Assembly: GCA_038883775.1 (NCBI GenBank)
Contig: JAVZLM010000001.1
Location: 128,001-192,000 of the forward strand
Direction: 5' to 3'
From: Candidatus Bathyarchaeia archaeon
Lineage (GTDB): Archaea; Thermoproteota; Bathyarchaeia; Bathyarchaeales; Bathycorpusculaceae
Length of the DNA stretch: 64,000 nucleotides
Part shown: piece by piece, positions 19,687-28,790 of the stretch
Layout: each line of letters opens with the position of its first letter
Position numbering within the stretch: the first letter of the stretch is position 1
Translations under genes and position numbers: made by a program
The notes under the pieces: model-generated
What the model was told of the DNA's origin: nothing
Database searches by the model: none
What the model saw: only the letters and a program-made list of their open reading frames with translations

Positions 19687-20970
19687 GTGTCAAAGAATTC
19701 GAAAATAGTATTTTTCAATTTAAGCCTTTTTCAGCTGCTGTCTTTCGTTAGAAGAGGCGTGTTTTACACTTTCATGATAAATTACCTCTTCGATCTTATG
19801 CAAACTGTCACTTCAACAACATTACTTGGAACTTTCAACATGATTTTTTCAGCTTTGGGTCAAAACCTATTATGGGGAAAAATATCAGATCGTTATAGGC
19901 TTAGGGCGAGACTGATAATTGCAGGCGAATCCATAGCTGCCGTCACATACCTAATCGTCTTTTTAATCCACAAGTCTTTGCTAAATGTGCAAGCTAATTT
20001 TGCAGCTGGAGCTTCGTTGATTGTTGGGCTTTCTTTCCTTGAGTTCTTCTGGTCTATGTCAGACGTGGGATGGGCTGCACTGTTAACAGACATAACGACA
20101 ACTAGAACCCGAGGTGGAATAGTTGGCGCACTTAATTTTATTGCATCACTTGGGAGAATGATTGGAATATCTTTTGCAGGCTTCCTATACAACAATGGGG
20201 AAGGTTTCCGCCAAGGAATAATATTCTACATAGTCATTGCGATGCTTATCGCCAGTGCAACAATAATGTGGATCACTTCAATGTTTACGGAAAAAGCCAA
20301 CATAAAAACCGAAGAAGTTATCGTAAAAGACGAGAAAATTGATATTTCCACAAAGAGCAGCAACGGACAAATTTACAAGTGGTTCCTCATATGCCTCATC
20401 ACAATAGTGATTGGTACAGCATGCATAAACCAAGTTTTTCTACTTTTCATTAAACTCCCAGAAGGATTAAACGTGAGTGATCCGGAAATGAGCTTTATAT
20501 TAACAGCTTGGACTTTGGGCGGAATGCTAACTAGTTTAGCCTCTGGATGGTTTGCAGATAGAATTGGAAGAATTCCGGTACTCTTCACAGGATTAATTTT
20601 GGCAATAATAACTCCATCCCTTTATCATTTAGCCTCCAATGTTTTGGGCATGGCGCTAATTTATGGATTAAATGGGATAGGCTTTTGGACAATTCAAACG
20701 GTGGGATTCGCCTTCGCTGGAGACATAATACCCGAAAACAAAAGAGGAAGACTATTCAGTAGGTATAATACTGTGATGGCTTTAGGCTGGGGTCCAGCAG
20801 GATTTTTGGTTGGTGGACCACTGGCAGATATTCAAACCAAAGTTTTTGGTCTAACACCTTACATAGCCTACGTAAACACTTTTTATGCATCATCCATTTT
20901 AACAGCGATAGGCACAGTGTTGTTCGGTTTAAAAGTTGCAGCTCGGAAACGAAAATCCCTTAAATTTTAA
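19687..20970 (+). CDS. MFS transporter
   Basis: About 12 hydrophobic segments; WGKISDRY and GWFADRIGR motif A copies; likely GTG start 19687. Confidence 0.9.
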   Translation: MSKNSKIVFFNLSLFQLLSFVRRGVFYTFMINYLFDLMQTVTSTTLLGTFNMIFSALGQNLLWGKISDRYRLRARLIIAGESIAAVTYLIVFLIHKSLLNVQANFAAGASLIVGLSFLEFFWSMSDVGWAALLTDITTTRTRGGIVGALNFIASLGRMIGISFAGFLYNNGEGFRQGIIFYIVIAMLIASATIMWITSMFTEKANIKTEEVIVKDEKIDISTKSSNGQIYKWFLICLITIVIGTACINQVFLLFIKLPEGLNVSDPEMSFILTAWTLGGMLTSLASGWFADRIGRIPVLFTGLILAIITPSLYHLASNVLGMALIYGLNGIGFWTIQTVGFAFAGDIIPENKRGRLFSRYNTVMALGWGPAGFLVGGPLADIQTKVFGLTPYIAYVNTFYASSILTAIGTVLFGLKVAARKRKSLKF

Positions 20971-21008
20971 AAAGAAGTTTCGGCTAAATTGCCAAATAGG
21001 CGATTTCA

Positions 21009-21497
21009 ATGCTTGAATTTAAAACAGTAAAAATCGAAGTTCCAGAAGGCTGCAACGTAATTTTAGGCATGGCCCATTTCATAAAAACTGTTGAAGACCT
21101 ATACGAGGCTTTGGTGAATGCTGTCCCAAACATAAAATTTGGAATCGGTTTCTGCGAAAGCTCTGGACCCTGTCTTGTAAGGCATGAAGGGAATGATGAG
21201 GAATTGAGGCGACTAGCAGCGGAAAAAGCCTACGAAATCGCCTGCGGTCACAGTTTCATAATCTTCATGAAGAATGCTTATCCAATAAACGTTTTAGACA
21301 AAATCAAAGGAGTTCCAGAAGTTTGCACAATTTACGCTGCTACGGCAAACCCCTTAGAGGTTTTAATCGTAGAGACAGAGGGTGGTAGAGGAATCGTCGG
21401 CGTCATAGATGGGATGAAGAGCAAGGGAATTGAGAAGGACGAGGATATTAGGGCAAGGAAAGAATTTTTACGGAAAATTGGTTACAAGCTTGGCTAA
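21009..21497 (+). CDS. Adenosine-specific kinase family (DUF355-like)
   Basis: [43 protein letters not shown]. Confidence 0.88.
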   Translation: MLEFKTVKIEVPEGCNVILGMAHFIKTVEDLYEALVNAVPNIKFGIGFCESSGPCLVRHEGNDEELRRLAAEKAYEIACGHSFIIFMKNAYPINVLDKIKGVPEVCTIYAATANPLEVLIVETEGGRGIVGVIDGMKSKGIEKDEDIRARKEFLRKIGYKLG

Positions 21498-21561
21498 GTG
21501 TTTTCCATAAAAAGCTGAGGCAGAGTGAAAGTTGCCTCGGATTTAAAGTTGTTTTACGCTT

Positions 21562-21798
21562 TTATCTATGAGCCATCAATTCTTGCTGTATTTCAAAAGG
21601 AACCTTTTCTTTCATTCTTTCGGCTGCGTGGACAACCAATTGTTTAAATTGTTTTTCAGTAAGGACCCCACGGGCTCTTGACAGAATTTCTAGGCATATT
21701 TCTTTAAAAACTAGGTCGGCGCAACCCATTTTTGCGTCGTCGATTAATTCTTTGCAAGCTTGAAGGATTTGTTCACTCAAGGCAACTTCACCCTGCAA
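21562..21798 (-). CDS. Small hypothetical protein
   Basis: 78-aa helical ORF, divergent from mrp. Confidence 0.6.
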   Translation of the reverse strand: MQGEVALSEQILQACKELIDDAKMGCADLVFKEICLEILSRARGVLTEKQFKQLVVHAAERMKEKVPFEIQQELMAHR

Positions 21799-21936
21799 TC
21801 AAATACCTTTACCAATAAATATTAAAACACTTATGAATTTGAAAACCGTATTGGAAATCCACATTTTGACTTGCATTTTTAGAACAAAAACTCTATTAGT
21901 GACATGCACGTCGAACCAGCATGGAGTATTAAAATC

Positions 21937-22800
21937 ATGACAAGTGATAAGCAAATAGTTGAAGAATGGAGAAAACAACTTTTGGAACAGCAAGAGAAAT
22001 TGAATATCAGAATGAGTAAAGTAAAACATAAAATCGCAGTGATAAGCGGAAAAGGAGGCGTCGGCAAAAGCACCATAACCGTCAACCTTGCAGTAGCTTT
22101 CGCACTGCAAGGACACGTCAATCACGTTGGCATTTTAGACGCAGACATCCATGGACCAAGTATCCCAAAGATTTTAGGTTTGTCTGGTCAGAGGCTTCAA
22201 GCCGGACCAGCAGGGGTTTTTCCAGCTTTAGGCTCTTTAGGGATTAAGGTTGTTTCTATGGATTTTCTTTTACCGGATGAAAATGCGCCTGTTATTTGGC
22301 GTGGACCATTAAAAATGACCGCCATACGTCAATTTCTCTCAGACATTGTTTGGGGCGACTTGGACATATTACTCATTGATTTGCCGCCTGGAACGGGTGA
22401 TGAACCATTGAGCATCGCTCAACTCTTGCCAGACATAGACGGCGTAATAATAGTGACCATTCCCTCTGAAGTTTCGCAAATCGTTGTTAAGAAGGCTGCC
22501 ACTTTCGCAAGGAGACTTGGAATGCCAATAATAGGCGTAATAGAAAACATGAGCGGATTTATCTGCCCAAACTGCGGCGCAAAAGTTGACATATTCCAAT
22601 CTGGAGGCGGGAAGAAAATAGCTGAAGAAATGGGCATACAGTCTCTCGGAAGTATACCAATAGACCAAAAAATAAGCGAAGCCTCTGACAAGGGGACACC
22701 CTTTATAATAAAGTATCCGGATTCGCCAGCATCAAAAGCCTTTATGGAAATTGTAAAAAAGGTTAAGGAATTTCTGAAAAGCAGAGATGCCGAAACATGA
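21937..22800 (+). CDS. Mrp/Nbp35 (ApbC) Fe-S cluster carrier ATPase
   Basis: SGKGGVGKST, DADIHGPS, WRGP, DLPPGTGD, ENMS..CP.C. Confidence 0.95.
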   Translation: MTSDKQIVEEWRKQLLEQQEKLNIRMSKVKHKIAVISGKGGVGKSTITVNLAVAFALQGHVNHVGILDADIHGPSIPKILGLSGQRLQAGPAGVFPALGSLGIKVVSMDFLLPDENAPVIWRGPLKMTAIRQFLSDIVWGDLDILLIDLPPGTGDEPLSIAQLLPDIDGVIIVTIPSEVSQIVVKKAATFARRLGMPIIGVIENMSGFICPNCGAKVDIFQSGGGKKIAEEMGIQSLGSIPIDQKISEASDKGTPFIIKYPDSPASKAFMEIVKKVKEFLKSRDAET

Positions 22801-23228
22801 GAAGAAAGGCGAAAATTCAATTTATTGGCGTTGTGAAGAGAGAAGGGGAACAAAAAGCAATAATACGAATTTTTCCGAAATTTTGCGCTGGGTTGAAAGG
22901 CATAGAAAATTATTCCCACCTAATCATTCTATACTGGATTCACTTAAGAGACAACAAAGAAGATAGAGGAACACTATTGGTCTTTCCAAAAAAGCATGCA
23001 GTGAAAATTGAAACAGGCGTTTTTGCTTGCCGAAGTCCCTCCCGCCCGAATCCAATAGGCTTATGCGTAGTAGAGCTTTTAAAAGTGGAAAGATGCATAT
23101 TAACAGTTAAGGGGCTTGACGCTTTTGGAGGCTCACCGATAATAGATATTAAACCATACAATCCAAGAGCAGATTCTATCTCCAACGCTAAGGTTCCAGA
23201 ATGGGCACAACACGGCAAACTCACATAA
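22797..23228 (+). CDS. tsaA: tRNA (t6A37)-N6-methyltransferase TrmO/TsaA-like
   Basis: GVFACRSPSRPNPIGL, GLDA..GSPIIDIKPY. Confidence 0.9.
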   Translation: MRRKAKIQFIGVVKREGEQKAIIRIFPKFCAGLKGIENYSHLIILYWIHLRDNKEDRGTLLVFPKKHAVKIETGVFACRSPSRPNPIGLCVVELLKVERCILTVKGLDAFGGSPIIDIKPYNPRADSISNAKVPEWAQHGKLT

Positions 23229-23247
23229 GATAGGCATCGACTTGCTC

Positions 23248-23280
23248 TATAGCTCTATTTTCAGTGCGGGGAGTCGGATT
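23248..23280 (+). repeat. Degenerate copy 1 of tRNA-Leu 3'-end/att-like repeat
   Basis: tatagctctattttcagtgcggggagtcggatt resembles 27017-27051. Confidence 0.7.
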
Positions 23281-23479
23281 TACGCACAAATTTGCCGAGT
23301 AAATTTTACTCTTTATGAGGAGATAGTTCAAGCTTGGGCTTTAACTTTGCTTGTTATCTCTCTATCCTTTTCAAGCTTTCAACTAGGTTGTGAGCCTCTT
23401 TGAGCACAGTTTCTTGGTCTTAAAATTTCAGCTCCACCTATAAATCTAAAAAACAAGCTTTTTAGCCAAAATAAGCCCG

Positions 23480-23513
23480 TATAAGGCTCTATTTTAAGTG
23501 CGGGGGTGGGATT
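23480..23513 (+). repeat. Copy 2 of tRNA-Leu 3'-end/att-like repeat
   Basis: tataaggctctattttaagtgcgggggtgggatt is identical to 27017-27051 except one G fewer. Confidence 0.9.
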
Positions 23514-23597
23514 TCAACACAAATTTACCAGTAAAATATAATATCACTAAGAGAATCCAGTTTTCTATTAAACGTTACTAACAGAATAAAATGTACC

Positions 23598-23643
23598 CTC
23601 TGCGATCTTTAAGTCGTATACTCTGCGATCTTTAAGTCGTATA
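23598..23643 (+). repeat. Perfect 23-bp tandem duplication
   Basis: ctctgcgatctttaagtcgtata x2. Confidence 0.9.
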
Positions 23644-23660
23644 GAATGGGAGAAAGAGAG

Positions 23661-24730
23661 TTATACGATGTTGAACAGTCCGTTGCTACTTTTGCTTGTG
23701 GGTGTGGTTTTCTTAGCGAGGTATAACCATGCTCCGGAAAGAGCCATGATTAACGTCAATGAAAGGGAGTTGGGGATTTCCGGGATTGGTGTTTGTGTGA
23801 TGGTGAAATAGGCGTTGACTAATCCCCATCCATAATATGGGTCCCAACCACTTTCTCCGAGGTCTTCTGCATAATAATAGAGAGTTTCTGTAACTTCCTG
23901 ATGTGTCAGATTCGGGTGCTTAGATAATAGGAGGGCGGCAACGCCTGCAACAAAAGGCGCGGCAAAGGAGGTGCCGCTTCCATAGGCGTATGTGCTATTC
24001 ACCATTGTTGAAAGGATGTTCACGCCTGGAGCACATATATCTATGTAATCGCCAAAATTGCTGAACTCTGCTTTTCTGTCGCTCTGATCTATGGCTGAAA
24101 CGGCTATAACCTTATCGTAGGCGGCTGGATAAAAGGGCTCGCTATTATTGTCGTTACCTGCAGCAGCCACTAGTATGCAGCCCTTCTGATAAGCATAATT
24201 GATGGCGGCTTGCGTGGCAGTGTCGAAGAGGAGGGAGCTTCTTCCTCCAAGGCTCATTGTGATTATATCAGCGCCATGGTTAGCTGCGTATATTATTGCC
24301 AAGTTGAGATCGATCCAGCCGCCACCTTTACTTGTTAACACTTCAACGGCATAATCTTAACTTCGGGCGCTGCACCAGCAATGCCTATGCCATTGTTGGC
24401 CATCGCCGCGATGATGCCAGCCACCATGGTTCCATGCCCATCCAAATCGGTGACATCATCGTTTTTATCAACAAAATTATAACCACTAATAAGATTATCC
24501 TGCAAGTCGGGATGCGTCGTGTCCACCCCAGTGTCAAGTGTCGCAACGATGACCCCTAAACCGCGAAATCCCGTGTCATAAGCCATGTCACATTGGATTC
24601 GTAGCCAGCCCCACTGATCTGGCACGAAAGGGTCATTTACAGAACTTGCTGAGTAAGCCATAACATTGCAGATGAGAATTACAGAAAGCAGCCAAAATGT
24701 TAAGAAAAACACGCGGACGCAACTCGGCAT
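23661..24730 (-). pseudogene. Membrane-anchored subtilisin-like S8 protease, frameshifted near 24341
   Basis: LDTG and GHGT in the upstream frame; AAAGN and SGTSFAAP in the downstream frame; MPLK|VLTS is restored by adding 1 nt; C-terminal IPE + TM + KK. Confidence 0.85.
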
Positions 24731-25082
24731 ATCACATCCTCTCATGAATGTTTCAATTTTGCATATCAGTTTTCTGCAGTACCAATTCATACCTAAAATT
24801 AACTTACAAAGTGCCTATCTCCTTTCAAGAAATACTTTAAATGCGTCGAAAACGTGGCGAAAGATGTAGCTTCTGATCAGTCCTTTGAATAGTGTAAAGT
24901 ATAAATTTTGGCTGTCTATTTCCATATTTTTAAACTTGTTTCTTCTGAATCCCTAAACTCCTCTAAATAAATAGCCGACAGATCTGACAGATACTAACAG
25001 ATCATTAACGGTAAGGTTTAGGTTTTTAATGCAAAAATAGTTACTTATTTTGGATAAATATCTACAGTTAACAATGTTTTAA

Positions 25083-26786
25083 TTGTCAAGTAGACGCTTT
25101 CATATTGGTGTCTACTTGTTGAAGGCTAGAATGGAATATGAATGGTTACACTCCCTTCTAATAGCTTCTATGTTGTTGTCAATTGTAAGCGTGGCGAGCA
25201 TAAAAGTTGGTGGGGCGGTTTCTTACGCTGGTGTTGCTAAATCTATGGAGTTCTACTTTCACTATAGCAACACCCCAGTTCATGTGGCGGGCATAGAAAC
25301 ACATTACATTATGAACACTAGCAAAGTTTTTCAGGCTTACAACAATTCCTTCTATAAACCTATAGGCCTTCCCAAAATTGTTGTGGACTTTTACCTATAC
25401 CCCAATTTCGCTGGACCTGTGGAAATTAATGGTTCTTGGCAAGTTTTCATTTGGGCGAACTCCTCAGCCTACAAACCGGCAACATTTACGCTTCTATTTA
25501 AAGAAGTAACCGTCGGCGGTGTTCTCCTTTGGGATTCAGGGTTACTAAATCCCGTTGTGACAAGCACCATAGGGGGCTACTTGGATGTTCCCGTATACTG
25601 CTATAACCTTACAGTTTCGCTTTCGCATGTATTTAACGCGGATTCAACATTACTTGTTGAAATTGAAGTTAATGCTGGTTCTTCGGCTGATACAAGAATA
25701 TGGTTTGACTCGCCCCAGTTTCCAAGCAAGGCAATCCTACCCGCCCGAGATTATGCAAGACCAGCATGGATTAAAACCTATTCAGTGGATGGTTCAGAAA
25801 CAAACATGTTCTACTACAATGTCAGCGAAAACGAGCGCAAAGTAATTGTCCGCGTAAACGTCACCAACCCCTTTGGAGGATACGACATATATAAAGTGAA
25901 CATAACCGTCATCGACCCTGAAGGCAACCGAGTCATAAACAACAATGACATGATTAGGATTTCCAACGGCTTATGGTTTATAAAATACTCTAACATTTTC
26001 GAATTGAACTGGACTTATCCGTCAACAGTTCCCTTAGGCAACTACACAGTCATTGTTACGGCCATCGACAATAACGGACACTACCATTATGTTGAAATGG
26101 GCACATACCATCCCTTCATCGAAGAGGCAACACACACATTTACTATGGGCACAATAGTGTATTATAGCCCATCGTTCCTGATAACCGACGATGTCGAAGA
26201 CCCACTGCCTAACGCACAAGTGTTCATCACATGGCGAAACGGCACAACAGATAGGCTTCCACGTTACACTTCAAACAACGGCTACATAAACCTCACAGAC
26301 ATTCAACCTGGAAACTATGGATTCACAATCCTCTGGAAAGACACTATCGTAAGCCAAACCACCATATACGTTGACTCCGACGGACCATACACAATAAAGA
26401 CAAACGTCTATCAGCTGACAGTGAACCTTTACGGAAACGATGGAAGACCAGTCCACGGAGCATACATAATCATTTACACTATGTCGGGCGTAGGATACGG
26501 CCTCGACATTACAGATGCAGCAGGCAAAGCCATCTTCAAACTGCCATCCGGAACATACAGGATAGAAGCCTACTACACAACTGACTACTGGCTAACAACC
26601 GTTAAATCAAAAGCCACCGAACAAGCTACAATAACATCATCAACCACAAAAAACATAAGACTATCAGATTACCCACCGGCAATATGGACAACAACAGGAT
26701 TCCTATTACTAATAGCAATAATCATAGCCGCCACAATAGCTGTAGCTTACGCCATAATCACCATCCACAGAAAAGCTCACCAGTAA
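25083..26786 (+). CDS. Membrane-anchored surface glycoprotein with Ig/carboxypeptidase-regulatory-like repeats (start probably 25119-25131)
   Basis: Signal peptide, many N-x-S/T sequons, PLPNAQV..T.NNG..L..PGNY and PV.GA.I..TD..G.A.F.LP.GTY repeats, C-terminal TM. Confidence 0.8.
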   Translation: MSSRRFHIGVYLLKARMEYEWLHSLLIASMLLSIVSVASIKVGGAVSYAGVAKSMEFYFHYSNTPVHVAGIETHYIMNTSKVFQAYNNSFYKPIGLPKIVVDFYLYPNFAGPVEINGSWQVFIWANSSAYKPATFTLLFKEVTVGGVLLWDSGLLNPVVTSTIGGYLDVPVYCYNLTVSLSHVFNADSTLLVEIEVNAGSSADTRIWFDSPQFPSKAILPARDYARPAWIKTYSVDGSETNMFYYNVSENERKVIVRVNVTNPFGGYDIYKVNITVIDPEGNRVINNNDMIRISNGLWFIKYSNIFELNWTYPSTVPLGNYTVIVTAIDNNGHYHYVEMGTYHPFIEEATHTFTMGTIVYYSPSFLITDDVEDPLPNAQVFITWRNGTTDRLPRYTSNNGYINLTDIQPGNYGFTILWKDTIVSQTTIYVDSDGPYTIKTNVYQLTVNLYGNDGRPVHGAYIIIYTMSGVGYGLDITDAAGKAIFKLPSGTYRIEAYYTTDYWLTTVKSKATEQATITSSTTKNIRLSDYPPAIWTTTGFLLLIAIIIAATIAVAYAIITIHRKAHQ

Positions 26787-27035
26787 ACAAAACCATCGGC
26801 AAAAGCCACTAAACTGGCGCCTACAACCCAAGGTTTCCCTATTTTCCCTTTTTATTGGCTGAGCAGCATACGCAATGACACAACTTACTATTAGTCGCTG
26901 TTAATTGAACGTAAATTTAAACAATCGCAGAAGATCTTTATTGGTAATTTTACGTTGAAATCTAAGCCCCGCCAACAACGCCATCAAATTTGGGTTATTT
27001 CGCTAAAATACGCTTTTATAAGGCTCTATTTTAAG

Positions 27036-27159
27036 TGCGGGGGGTGGGATTCGAACCCACGGAGGCCTACGCCAGAGGATCTTAAGTCCTCCCCCTTATC
27101 TTAGGCTGTTAGGCATTTCTGGCCCACTGCCTATTTAGACCTGGCTCGGGTACCCCCGC
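27036..27159 (-). tRNA. tRNA-Leu(UAA) with 39-nt intron at position 22/23 (27096-27134)
   Basis: GCGGGGG/CCCCCGC acceptor stem, GAGGA-CT TAA GA-TCCTC, long variable arm; splice motif with GUCU/AGAU helix and AAA, AAG bulges. Confidence 0.92.
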
Positions 27160-27245
27160 ACCACATATTGTGAGGTTGTGTTGCATAGTTTAAGTTTTTT
27201 GTGGGATGCATTAAGTTAAAATCTGATTTTGCTTATTTATTGTTT

Positions 27246-27332
27246 GGGCGGGTAGCCTAGCATGGATAGGGCGCAAGCCTCCTAACAGGCGGAGAGAGCT
27301 TGTGGTCGTGGGTTCAAATCCCACCCCGCCCG
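27246..27332 (+). tRNA. tRNA-Arg(CCU) with 12-nt intron at 37/38 (27285-27296)
   Basis: GGGCGGG/CCCGCCC acceptor stem, CAAGC/GCTTG anticodon stem, CTCC:GGAG central helix. Confidence 0.93.
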
Positions 27333-27352
27333 CTTTGTATTCAAATCATTTT

Positions 27353-28270
27353 TTATGTTATTTCTTTCATTTTTTCTATGGCTTCTTTTACTATAGCCAC
27401 TGATTTTTTGAATTCTTCTTTTGCTTCAAAGTCTAATTTAAGTTCCAAAATCTTTTCTATGCCATTTTTTCCAAGAATGCAAGGAACGCCTATGGAGACA
27501 TCTGAAAATCCGTATTCGCCTTGGAGGTATGTGGAAACGCTTATGACGCGGTTTCTTCCCCTTAAAACGGCGTCAGTCATTATTGCGATTACTACTGCTG
27601 GCGCATATGTGGTTGCGCCTTTAAGTTTGATGACGTCGGCGCCAGAGGTTTTTGTTAAGTTTACTATTTTTTCAATTTGTTCTTTATTAAGCAAAGCGGT
27701 TATTGGTATTCCAGAAACTGAGGCATAATTTACCAACGGCACCATGGAATCTCCATGTTCTCCGATGACTAGGGCGCGGATGTCTTCTCTTGAAACGCCG
27801 AGTTCTAAGGCAATATAAGAACGGAAACGAAGCGTGTCCAAAATGTTTCCCATTCCGAAGACTCGGTTTCTTTCGAATCCAGATTCTTTATAGGCAATAT
27901 AGGTCATAACGTCCACTGGATTTGTTACCATCATTAGTTTGCAGTCTGGAGCGTATTTGACAACTTCTTTAACTATGGATTTAACTATCTTTGCATTTTT
28001 AGCCATCAAATCTAATCGGCTCATGCCTGGTTTTCGGGCTTCTCCAGCCGTTACAATTACAAGTTCTGAGCCTTCCATTTCGCTGAAGTCGCTTGTTCCT
28101 TTTATCCTTCCATCAAACTCTATTGCGGGGGCGGCTTGCATCATGTCAAGGGCTTCGCCATGTGCCAAATTTTCAGCTATGTCTATCAAAACTACATCGC
28201 TAATTCTAAACTCCAAAATTCTGAAAGCCGCGGAACTTCCAACCTTTCCAGCACCAATTATTGAAATCAT
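27353..28270 (-). CDS. mdh: Malate dehydrogenase (LDH-like)
   Basis: IIGAGKVG, RKPGMSRLDL, TNPVD, LD..R, GEHGD. Confidence 0.93.
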   Translation of the reverse strand: MISIIGAGKVGSSAAFRILEFRISDVVLIDIAENLAHGEALDMMQAAPAIEFDGRIKGTSDFSEMEGSELVIVTAGEARKPGMSRLDLMAKNAKIVKSIVKEVVKYAPDCKLMMVTNPVDVMTYIAYKESGFERNRVFGMGNILDTLRFRSYIALELGVSREDIRALVIGEHGDSMVPLVNYASVSGIPITALLNKEQIEKIVNLTKTSGADVIKLKGATTYAPAVVIAIMTDAVLRGRNRVISVSTYLQGEYGFSDVSIGVPCILGKNGIEKILELKLDFEAKEEFKKSVAIVKEAIEKMKEIT

Positions 28271-28398
28271 AATTTGTTAATGAGATCAAGTTTTACATAA
28301 ATGTAACGAAACTGCCTTTCGTATAAAACTTCAAGAAAAACTTAAGATTCTCTTTTATATATAATCGTTCTAAAATAATGCGAAAGTTGGAAAAGTAA

Positions 28399-28581
28399 AT
28401 GAAGGATAACGAACTAAGAGGCTGGTTTTGCTTCGTAACATTCTGGCTAACCTTAATACTAGCAACCATTAGTGAAGGTTTCACAGTCAAATTAATATTA
28501 TATCTTCTTGCAATTGCCATGATATTCCTAGCAATCATGTTAATGGGAGGAGAAGCAGAACTCCACGCAAAAGAGAGTTAA
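28399..28581 (+). CDS. Small two-TM hypothetical protein
   Basis: 60-aa ORF with two hydrophobic segments filling an intergenic space. Confidence 0.55.
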   Translation: MKDNELRGWFCFVTFWLTLILATISEGFTVKLILYLLAIAMIFLAIMLMGGEAELHAKES

Positions 28582-28699
28582 AAGAAACAAAATACCTTCA
28601 GTTAAAATTAAACGCTTCTTTTAAATAAACGTAGTTTATCAAGAAAAGTTAATTAATTAAAATTCTACTTTACTCTTTCGGCGCCTTTGGCCTTCGACA

Positions 28700-28777
28700 G
28701 CCCTGGTAGTATAGTCCGGTCTAGTATAAGCGGCTGTCGCCCGCTAGACCCGGGTTCAAATCCCGGCCAGGGCGCCA
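28700..28777 (+). tRNA. tRNA-Asp(GUC), CCA encoded
   Basis: GCCCTGG/CCAGGGC-G-CCA; AGCGG-CT GTC GC-CCGCT; CCGGGTTCAAATCCCGG. Confidence 0.96.
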
Positions 28778-28790
28778 AATTTCATGGGTT

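Larger units (their letters stand above)
23480..27051. mobile_element. Integrase-less genomic islet integrated at the tRNA-Leu(UAA) 3' end
   Basis: 34/35-bp direct repeats overlapping the tRNA 3' end flank two accessory surface-protein genes. Confidence 0.7.

Noticed and set aside
19369-19718. Apparent 350-bp head-to-head overlap of D-aminoacylase and MFS ORFs
   Set aside because: ORF-caller extension; family-typical starts at 19547 and 19687 leave a normal intergenic gap
23248-23643. Repeats as a CRISPR array
   Set aside because: Too few copies, irregular spacing, tRNA-derived, and no cas genes
24335-24345. Programmed ribosomal frameshift in the subtilase (and at 37581 in M28)
   Set aside because: No slippery heptamer or obvious stimulatory structure; a simple indel or sequencing error is more likely
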